From: Octopus vulgaris
Lineage: Eukaryota
DNA length: 64,000 bases
Direction of reading: 5' to 3'
Assembly: GCA_951406725.2 (NCBI GenBank)
Contig: OX597833.1
Coordinates: 34,534,001 to 34,598,000 of the forward strand
The translations under genes and the position numbers were made by a program. Positions 14,387 to 24,525 of the stretch are shown piece after piece (within the stretch, counting starts at the first letter, position 1; each line of letters opens with the position of its first letter). Under the pieces are notes generated by a model. That model was not told where the DNA came from, made no database searches, and saw nothing but the letters and a program-made list of their open reading frames with translations.

Positions 14387-16213
14387 GCTGGTACTTTGGA
14401 TACATAGGGACTTTAATCATAGCAAAAAGATAAGGTCTTTTTACTAAGCATGTCTAAAGAGGGTCAATGTTGAATTTGTTCATGAAAGAATCTTGACAGA
14501 GGGACCAATTTGGAAGCATTGCAATTTTGGTTCCAACACTGTAAAATAATAAAAGGGAGAATAACAAAATTAAAATAAAACTGTTAAATAATAATCATTT
14601 TCATCATCACTTTGACCATTACACTACAATCTTCATCATACTGAACTGCAGAGACTCTGTTGAACATGTTCTACTGTGTGCCTTCCATACGAATTCTTCA
14701 TAGCAAGCCAATAAGTGAGTTTCAAGCTCTCATTTAATCTGATAGAAATAGCAGCCAATTATCCTTCAGATTACACCCTACAGTCTTAAAAATAGTGTAC
14801 ACTGGATAATGTAATCCTAGATAAACTATGTCTGATAATAAAAGATAGGATGGCTATAGTATGAGCATTTTTGACTAGATCAGGTTAATTAGGCCTGAGT
14901 TAGAAGTAAACAAAAATGTAGTGTAACAGGATCCTCCAGATACACTGAAATAGGATATATGGATTTATCTCAGACATTCTATCAGGAGTAAACACTAAGT
15001 TTACTGAGGTTATTCAATAGAAAAAAAACAAAACAACGCTACAGCAATAACTATATCAATTACCATTGAGTCTATAAGACTTTGGAAAACATATATTCAT
15101 ATATTTCACTTGGTCTGCATCATAAAAATATTGAATATGCAATTATATATGGTCTAGCATACTAAATAAATATGTAATAAAAACCATGTTAAAGTTTACA
15201 TTATAATTTACTGAAGAATCTTGTTAAAAAAAAAGGTAACACAAATAACTTGCAAAATATAATTTATATATTAAGCCAGTGAGAAACTTCTTATATTATT
15301 TCTCAACCTCTTTATTGTAACTTCCAAATCTATTCCTCCTATCTTGATAATGACGTTGTTTATTTTAAACCCTAAATCATGTACAAAATTAGAAGACCAG
15401 ATATTTATTACTCATGCTATTATGATAGACCCAACTGATATACCATCTTATACCTGCAGAATTGGAATTATGAGTTTTTGAGTACATTATAGAATTTTTT
15501 CAAGAGTGTTGACTAAATCTACTCAAAAACAATGAATTGTTTTTTAATTCCAGGTCAGTTCCTGATAAAGACATATGATTAAAAGCGCTTCAGTTGAGAT
15601 CATCCATGAATTGCATTAAGAATTAAATGAAACCATTTTAATTTTAAAACAGTAGGGTATAATTTGAAGGAAATCTGGCTGTGATTTCTTGCAGTTTGAG
15701 TAACCCCACAGAGGCTATAGCAAGATTATGTAATTGCTATTTAGCCCCAGGTTAGCACTCATACAACACATCGGTAATCAAAGGTTTTTTTTAAACAGTA
15801 TATCCAAGGTTACATTATTTCAGCATGCAATTTCCTTCTTTTAAGATGAGATATGTAATTAAGATGAGATATGCTATTTCTAGCATATCGAGTGACTACA
15901 TAGAGGTTCTCTTAATATTGTAAGTCTGATACACAAATAGTAAAATTTGTAGTAAAAAAATTCTGTAATAATATAGGGGAATAGAAGAAACCCCTGTTTG
16001 ATTTCTTACATAAGCTACATAGTTTAAAGGAAAAGAATGGCAAGTTGTATTCTGTGAGTGTGTGTGTGTGGCTGTACTTTTTTTAAGCTCATTTGTGATG
16101 AAATCAAAGCTGGTTTCCATTTTCTGATTGTATAAATGAAACCTTTTTTATATATGCTTGTATATACCTGAGTAAAAGAACCACTGAGTATATACTGTGA
16201 GATGGCATATGAG

Positions 16214-16277
<64 letters not shown>

Positions 16278-16399
16278 TGTGTGTGTGTGTGTGTATAAGT
16301 GACAAAGTCTGAGTGAAATAGATATTTGCGTGTGGCTGAGTGATGTAGTCTGAATGATAAAGATGCTCGAGTGTGTGTGTGAGTGAGTGAAATCGAGAT

Positions 16400-17400
16400 T
16401 GTGAGTTTAAAGTCTTTTCTTTATTCTTTCTTCAGGAGGGCGAATGAGGATGGAGTAATATCATCGTAACTGTGCTCGATGTTAAATACAAGTATATTGT
16501 TTATATGATGCCATTTTGCAACTTTAAATCTAATTTAACAGCTGTCAAAAACACTGCAGTCTTTGAGCAACAGCAAACTTCAGTATTCAAACTAAGCGAG
16601 TATGTATAGGTGCATAAACGAGTGTGTAAAGTAAACTGGTTGCGGTTTAAGTCAAACATCGATCAAGATGCCATGTAAAATGAATGTTGTACCTCTCTCT
16701 ACCTATTTACTCAGAAAGCGGGACAGAGCGCATGACCATTGTGGACTCTCCCAGAATGGCTGTTAGATCGACGCGATTGATATTTAATTTCAAATTTTGC
16801 AGGTTGATGCAGAGAGCAAACGAGAATGCTTCTTGGTGGTCGTTTAACATCTTAGAGATATTAACTAAATCCTCAAATCACACCCTACTCTGTTTTGAAA
16901 ACATACTGAAACAATGTGTTCCTTGATACCCTAAAGCTAATCTAACGGCTGGAATGTCTTTGAGTATATGACTATTCGATCAGGTCTCAACTGATTGTTA
17001 ACCAACTAGAATGACAGAGAGGAATTTCAGAGAGTTGAGCAAATTTTTTAGCATAGGATTCGGTAGGGTTATAGATGGAATTGTGGTGCGTGTTCTACGT
17101 CGGGTCACCATTTTAGATAGTGGTCCGTGTTCTACGTCGGGGTCACCAACTTTAGATGGTCGAGGTAAAGCGTGGTTTCACAACGTGTACACTCGAGTGA
17201 ATGCTAAAGATAGCCCCTCACAAATCATTTTGTGGGAAACAAAATAGACGGTAAAAGGAAGATATGGCGAAGTTTCGCATGTCGTAGATCAGATTTCCGT
17301 CGATTTCCGTAAAAAACTTTTATTTTTTTACATAAGTAATGAGAGCGAAAGAGACTAAGAGGAAGCGATTTTACGACGAGAAGGTTTCACTTTGAAGTCG
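16400..17400 (-). promoter_or_regulatory. Candidate promoter / first non-coding exon region of the ZNF gene
   Basis: CpG-retaining sequence upstream of the UTR acceptor; YY1-like AAAATGGC on the minus strand near 16510 and TTCCG motifs near 17295-17310. TSS not determined. Confidence 0.35.
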
Positions 17401-17518
17401 GCCTGTGTGTGTTTGATGGGGTGTGGGAGACAGACAGTATGTTGTGTAAGTGAAGTGCTTCTGTTAGTGTGTGCGAAGAGACAGAGAGAGTAATGTGTGA
17501 AAGAGAGAGATAACTGAT

Positions 17519-17930
17519 TTTTTACTCGGTGTATGTGTATATGTATGTATGCATGTATGTGTATAAGTATGTATGCATGTATGTGTGTGTGTGTGTATGT
17601 ATCTATGTATGTGTGTGTGTGTAAGTATGTGTGTGTGTATGTATGTATGGCCGATTCATCGTAATTTTTTACTCGGTGTATGTGTATATGTATGTCTGCA
17701 TGTATGTGTGTGTGTGTATGTATCTATGTGTGTGTGTGTGTAAGTATGTGTTTGTATGTATGTATGTGTGTGTGTGTAAGTATGTGTGTGTGTGTATGTG
17801 TGTGTGTATGTATGTATGTATGTATGTGTGTGTGTGTATGTATCTATGTATGTGTGTGTGTGTATGTATGTATGTATGGCCGATTCATAGTAATTTTTTA
17901 CTCGGTGTATGTGTATATGTATGTCTGTCT
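17519..17930. repeat. Compound minisatellite: three units starting TTTTTACTCGGTGTATGTGTATATGTATG, with (TG)/(TATG) arrays
   Basis: Unit heads at about 17519, 17665 and 17894. Confidence 0.9.
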
Positions 17931-20006
17931 CTTCACACACACTAACAGAAGCACTTCAACCGAAACTATGCCGAAGAGCCGAAGATATTTCTGTAGCGAA
18001 GAGATGAAATTAGAAAGAACGGTCGGTCAGTGAAGTAAAGTGATAGCTTGTATCTGCTAAATTCAAATGCCCGTATATATAATAAAAGGAAGAAGAAATT
18101 TCACTCAAGTGTACGCTACAGGGTGATATACAATTAAGGGCAATGAAAAAAAAAGAAGCAGTGAAAAGTTGGTATGTCAGGACTGGGGATGGTGTGCACC
18201 TTGTTAGGTCAGGAACAGAAGCTGTGGTAATAGCAATGGAAGACAGAGAGAAAGAACACATGTTGATAGAAGGAATTTATAAATTCTTACTTCCAAATAT
18301 GAAGTGATATTTAGTTTCCCTATAATTTACAACTAGAATGCTTGAGACGGAGCAATTTGAGGTTTTGAAAATGTACGACTACTCAGACAAGCTGAGTTTT
18401 GTTTTAGCAAGGGTTGTTATACATGACAAGCGTCTGCACAATTTCCGTTTATCAAATTCCGCTCATAAGGCATTGATCAACCTGAGCTACGACAGAGTAA
18501 TAGAATCGAACTAGGAACCACATGAATGTGAATCGAGCTTCTTAACCATAAGCCTATGTTATCAATGAATAAATGAAGGGAAAGTGTACAAACTCTTGAA
18601 CAAAAGATAGATTTGACCAACACTATGAGTTATCATAAATATTTAACACGATTAATTAAATAATTAATAAACTACGAAAATGTTCTTGATCTTAATTTTA
18701 AAATGTCAACACTTTGATAAATATAAGATTGCCAAAGTTTTTTTATAGCGATAATCATCGTAGAAAAGAATACAGAAGTTTACGAAAAGGTTTAATAAAG
18801 TACAAGGATGTAAAGCATTAAATACCTTTGGATAACAAGACTATTGATTGTCTGGGCATGATTTGATCCAATTAGTAGAACAAATTCTAATCAAGAGGGA
18901 AAGAGAGAATGTTAGAATATTTTGGCACAAACAAGAAACAGAAAAATGGCGAGCGGCAACCAAGAGAAATAAAATGATGGATTACGGGTGGAGTTTAAGG
19001 GAATATTAGTTTCCCGTTATTGGCCATCCCGCAACTTTCGTATTGTCTCACCTGTTCTCATCTAATTTTCCAATGTATAAAGGTTTACTTCAATGCTTCT
19101 GGATGCTTCCTATGAAGTTTTTTTTTTAATATCTATTTTTATTTTATCGTATTCACTTTTTTCGCACTGTTAATTTTTGCCTTTGATTGATTACACATAT
19201 GGACTTCCGTAGTTAAATAAAGGCTTCCCCTTTTATATCAACCGGTGTATGTTAAACAAAAGTTCCTATATATTTATATATATATTTTTACGCCTCAGTC
19301 GTAGACATACTTGGACGTCAGCTGGCACGATTTATCTTACATTTAGTTTAGGGTTGAATTAACAATTTGTTTACTCCTGTTGTAGTGGGTAATTAAAGAA
19401 ACGTGTATGCTTTTTGATTCATTTTTATTTTCATTATCCGTTAACTTACGTAAATTACCTGTTGTAATTTTAATTTTTTTTGTGTCGAACCTTTAAGGAC
19501 GTGTTGGAGCCGCTAGAAACTTAATTCCATTGTATTCTGCTCGGTAATGATTTACGAAGTAGGAAATAATTCATAAAAATGAAATGAAGAAATAAACGTA
19601 TGAATTAGAAATATGTGAAAGAAAAACATTCAGTTACATAGCGGCAGTAGTAATCATTTTTTATCTGAGAAATTAGTCAATCACCTTCGGTTAGTGGCGA
19701 AGTGTAAAAATAAGAATCACTGGATCTTTCATTGCACTCACACACAAATAGTTTATTTCATTGGCCTCAGTGTTTTTTACCTGCATATATAGTGTTCTAT
19801 GCGTTAACACATTAAATGAAGATGCACAAAGAAAGGAATATTCGGAAATGAGGAGGAGCCGATGACAACATACACTTGAGGAACACGGTATGTGCTGAGA
19901 CATGGACGCTGAAATCTCAAGGAAAATAAGGGCAGGATGGAAGGCGTTTACCTCGATAAAAGGTGTGCTCAAAGCAAACTAGAAAGACCCAACGTGCCTG
20001 TCTCTT

Positions 20007-20642
20007 TGTTGCGAGGGTGCTTGTTCACCAATGTCGTGGTGCTTGTTGGTGTTTGTTATATTGCTGATGATCATGGGGGTGCGACTTAGCTGGCTGCGTG
20101 TATAATAAATGAAGCAGCTCACGAACTTTTAATATATTTATTGCTGGACAAGATTTAATGCGTTGGGTTTTTACAAAAGAAAGATGCTGATAATATAATT
20201 GCCGACAGGGAGGAGAGAACCGTATTGTGTTGTAGAAGGCTAGCAGTGATACCGTATGTAGAGGTATCCGAAGTCGTCCGCCTCGCTCTACTGTCCAAGA
20301 CTGTCTAGTCTTAGCAGCCTGCCTTCTATGAGTGCTTAAGGTTGTCTATGCGAAATCCTAAGAATATCTACTCAGAAAGTTAGGTGCCAAATGGTTTTTA
20401 TAGAGTGAAAAGGGGGCACATTTTTAGATCGTCCGAGGAGCCAAATCATGTTACAACTTCACGCGGTCAATTTATAGATCATTCAGGCGAAATTGTGGTG
20501 GCTTACTCATGTTCCCTAATTGAATATCTTGCAGTTGGGGTTCGGATCCTTACTTATTCAATAGAACTGTTCCACCTGCGCTTTATATGCAAGTGAGACG
20601 TAAGCTACTACAAAGAGGGAAGAACATCGGTTGGCTACAACA
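20007..20642 (-). mobile_element. Probable solo LTR
   Basis: TGTTG...CAACA inverted termini; AATAAA on the minus strand near 20137; interrupts the RTE fragment; no TSD found. Confidence 0.5.
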
Positions 20643-20650
20643 CAAAGTTC

Positions 20651-21666
20651 TGTAGCATACGCTTAGTGAAATTCTCTCTCTCTTCGGTTTCTTGGACCCT
20701 GTTGTGTCCACTACTCTGATTGGTTGGTATTGGCGCAATTTGTCTCTTGCGCAACCCAACCAATCGTGACCTTCTGATAAGGTCCCGTGACACGGCTTTT
20801 CTAAAGCTCCGTTTGAACCGAATATTTACTATAAAACTTCTGCGATTCACCATGTTTCGACTTTGGTTCTAGACCTTCTAAGGTCAAACCACTGACCACA
20901 TAGCCAGTTCCAGCGACTACACCAGCAACAACATGGAGAAACATCAACACTTCGTCTAGCAGCATTCAGAACCTTCATCTTAACGACGCCAACACCATCT
21001 CTACGTACACAGCAACATTCGCTCAGGTTAAATTTCCTCTCTGTTTGTGAATTATTTCACCAAGGTTAACAGCAAGCTCAAACTGCGAGATCTTCCTGTA
21101 ACCGGCACAGCATAGTCACAACCGCTTACACGACACGTGATTCAACCGGCTCTGCATTGTAGCCACAACTTCTTGTTACAGAACTTCAACTATTGTGTAT
21201 CTTACTATGAACTGGTATTTATCTTCATTGTGTCTGAACTTCTAGCGTCCTGTTATAGACTCTGTATATCATCTCACACGCATACACCCTTGTTTGTACA
21301 CACATACACATTATGTATGCATGGTGGCCTGTCTATTATTGTTATATATATACTTATATCGCACATACAGAAACACACTCTGCCAACACCTAAATAAAAC
21401 CTTTCTCTTAACATTCTACGGTTGTGTCTTCTCCCTTTTCCTTCTGGCACTCTTACTCATTTATCCATTTTTGCTTTTATTAAAAGTGACTGTGCGGTGT
21501 ATTAAAGGAGCCATTCATTCGTCACCTCACCTTTCGCACGGTCGTTCTATAAAGTCTCGGTGACCTAGTGCCTATTTATCCATTTTTGCTTTTATTGTAA
21601 GCGAGCGTGCGGTGTATTAAAGGAGTCATTCATTCGTCACCTCTCCTTTCGCACGGTTGTTCTACA
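20651..21666 (+). mobile_element. Solo LTR (probably Gypsy-type)
   Basis: TGTAG...CTACA termini; 4-bp TSD GTTC (20647-20650 and 21667-21670); TATAAAA near 20830; AATAAA near 21393; internal duplication of about 90 bp. Confidence 0.85.
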
Positions 21667-22729
21667 GTTCCACTTAAAGGCCAATGCTAAGAATATCGTT
21701 GCGGAAGCATATCTGGAACAAGGTGGTGTGAGAACAAAGCGGGGCGAATGACGTGATCGCAGAATATCGAAAGTACTGCGGGGTCAGATATGTTGCAAGG
21801 TTCACAGACAAGTTATCTTTGTTCTCTTTGAGCATATAAAAGACAAATTTACCTGGGGCAAAATGAGTAAGGCGAGAGAAGGTAAATTTGTCTCTTCAAT
21901 TCACCAGAATTACATATGGAAAAAGGCTCATGCACATCATTATCTATAGTTAGACATCAGAAAGATTAGAAATGCAACAAAATGTTCTAATATCTAGGTC
22001 AAATTGAAAGAGGATCATGGAAAAATGGCACATGATAGGAAATTAACGAAACTCAACTAAATCTAAAAACAAAAAACCCCAAAACTCAATATAAGATATT
22101 TTCAAGCTTCTTTATGATCTTCTGGAGTGGCAATCTTCATGATATATTTACACACCAAACATTTAAAGAGAAGAAATGGTTGAAATTAGACATGGCTCAT
22201 TAAACCCCATTTTAGATACCATCTTTGAAAATTGAAAATTTTCAAATTAGATATTAGTATAAGGAAAGATGGACTTGGAATCTAACAGAGAAACGTGTAT
22301 GCTTTTTGATTCATTTTTATTTTTATTATCCGTTAACTTACGTAAATTACCTGTTGTAATTTTAATTTTTTTTGTGTCGAACCTTTAAGGACGTGTTGGA
22401 GCCGCTAGAAACTTAATTCCATTGTATTCTGCTCGGTAATTGTTAAACACCAAAAATTATCCAGATACTTTATTAGCAACCTAAATCACAATCAGGTCAA
22501 GGTAAAGGAAAAATTTCTTGACAGAAAGTATCTGTCACCTGACTGTTCCAAACTCTCAACTTCAACAACTATGTTAACCAATTGGTTTCTATGTCACTAC
22601 ACCAAGAAGGTTACCTCGGTGCAACAGATGGACTGCCAGGAAACGCCAAAAGAATAGAGGTTGCTCTATTCTCTGGAGAGAAGATGCGAAAGATATGCAA
22701 GGATATGTGTGTGTGCGCGCGCGCGCGCG

Positions 22730-23450
22730 TGTGTTTGCATTAGGCTGTATGTTGGAGTTGGCAGTTACTAGTTTGTAATGGGTGTTGCTGTTGCAGATGT
22801 GCAAGATGAACGAAGAACAGTGGTTGAAGTTGTAAAGAAATATTTATTTACCGTTACTTTATATAATGCCATGCCACGACGAACAGATGTGTGGCATAAC
22901 ATAAGTGGAAGGACATGCGAGATAAAGGAAGTTAACTTCTTGTATAGTTGGTGTTTGTGTTCTCGTCATTGTGTAGTAGTAACCCACAGATAAAGATGAA
23001 GTAAAGTTCTAGAGAAAAGAAAGTGAGCTAGTGAGAGTGAGAGAGTCGAGGGAAGTTGTGTCTCATAGTCGCTGATTGTAACCTTCTGGCTGTTTGTCTT
23101 TATTGGTTGCCTGACTCTAGTCGGTCTTTGTTCACTAATGGATTTTGCCTTGCCAAATTCTAGTATTTATAACTATGCAAAACCAGCTTGAAAGATAGAC
23201 ATATTGTTGAGAACAATAGATTTCGTTGGAGGTCTGTTATCTCTATTTTAGCTTTCGGTGGCCTAGAAGAGGTTAGAAGGGTCAAGTGGCAAAGACATTA
23301 TTCTGCTTAACGAAGGCATCTGGAAAATGTAACTGCTGTCACTCGGAAAAAAAACTATAGTTTTATCGTGATAAGAGTGCTGTTGAACTGTTAAGTGAAA
23401 TTTGGCGATTGAGGATCGAATCCACGCTATGCCTGCATGAAGCCACTACA
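22730..23450 (-). mobile_element. Possible solo LTR within a (TG)/(CG)/(CA) microsatellite
   Basis: Organisation resembles the LTR at 43081 (minus-strand AATAAA near 22843, TATA-like site near 23165, ends ...CTACA); boundaries and TSD unresolved. Confidence 0.4.
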
Positions 23451-23485
23451 CACACACACACACGTGCTCGCGCGCACACATATAG

Positions 23486-23790
23486 ATGGAAATTTCCTGG
23501 AAGGTCATGCACCTAACTTTGGGATTAAAAGCTTTACCAATCACTGCACACAACCAAAGTTCCCACCTCTCTGTCCAGAGTAAGAACCCATTATTGTACA
23601 GTTTAAGGTTAAAGGTTACGCAACTTTTTAATACTTTGCCAAAAGGTCTCAGAAATCTACAAGGTGTAAACATACATGTGTTCAAAGAACAGTTAGATAA
23701 ATGTTTATATGATATACTAAATGAATCCACATCACGGCAAGCAATACAAGAGTAGCTCTGTCCAATTCATTCCTTCAACGCTAATGGTGG
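23486..23790 (+). mobile_element. CR1-type LINE 3' fragment
   Basis: QLFNTLPKGLRNLQGVNIHVFKEQLDKCL resembles the CR1 ORF2 end motif (LWN.LP..........FK..LD..L). Confidence 0.65.
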
Positions 23791-24459
23791 AAACCTCTAT
23801 ACAGTCCCTTTTATATATCTTACAAACTACCATACAGTGCCTGTAAAAAGAGTATGATCATAGCAGAAACTTCTTTTATCGGAAAGTACTGACTTGGGAA
23901 TTAAACAAAACAACACCTCTGATACATGTAAAACAACATCCTTAATTTATTGACCCCTCAAAGTCACTACTCTGCAAGATCGTATCAATAGAAAAGACAA
24001 GATAGAGCAGAAATTGTCAATTGAATCATGAATTCGTATTCTGTCACAATTGCTTCACTTCTACTCCAATTCCATATTTTTCTCTTCTAAAAAAACACAC
24101 ATACAGGAGGAGTAAATTATACATATAATAATACTTTCAATGAGGCTCCCGATAAACAGTATAAATAATTACCCGATCAATGACGGGTTTTTCTGCTATT
24201 TTAGTATAAGAACATATTTATTTTGTGCAATCATTTATCTAGAAGGATAAATAAACAACACAGACTGGATATAATAGCAATAGGAACACAAAAGGTGCGG
24301 TTTATTGGTGTGCTACGAGTGGATATATCTAATTTCTTGAAGGAATAGAGATTCTTGCAAGAAATGTTAGCTATATCTTCTGCTTGATGTAATTGTTTCT
24401 GTATAGAGGCATGACACCGGGAATAGTAGTAATTTGTAGTTATCTCCCATGCACACTTA

Positions 24460-24500
24460 TTTCACCAACTTCCGGTAAGAACACCACATGGCCTGTAAAT
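24460..24500 (+). promoter_or_regulatory. Candidate URB2 proximal promoter / 5' UTR with an ETS-type site
   Basis: ACTTCCGG at 24468-24475, about 30 bp upstream of the proposed ATG; a common housekeeping-promoter motif. Confidence 0.4.
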
Positions 24501-24525
24501 ATGTCTTTACGGCATGTTGTTCCCG
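24501..24525 (+). CDS. URB2: URB2 exon 1 (MSLRHVVP, phase 1)
   Basis: ATG...CCCG|GTAAGA; phase fits exon 2; length fits the short URB2 N-terminus. Short, so less certain. Confidence 0.65.

Larger units (their letters stand above)
19890..21812 (+). mobile_element. Old RTE-1-like LINE fragment split by two LTR insertions
   Basis: DMDAEISRKIRAGWKAFTSIKGVLK at about 19900-19975; resumes as MLRISLRKHIWNKVV*EQSGANDVIAEYRK...VARFTD at about 21684-21812. Confidence 0.65.

Noticed and set aside
17519-18033. Cys/Val- and His/Thr-rich ORFs; repeat-spacer appearance like a CRISPR array
   Set aside because: The spacers are (TG)/(TATG) microsatellite of unequal length; no cas genes; eukaryotic context.
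18946-18972. ATGGCG as the URB2 start codon
   Set aside because: Stop after 8 codons and no suitable donor; 24501 fits the phase and expected length.
22703-23483. Inverted ATATGTGT...GCGCGC repeats as transposon TIRs
   Set aside because: These are self-complementary microsatellites; the symmetry is expected by chance.
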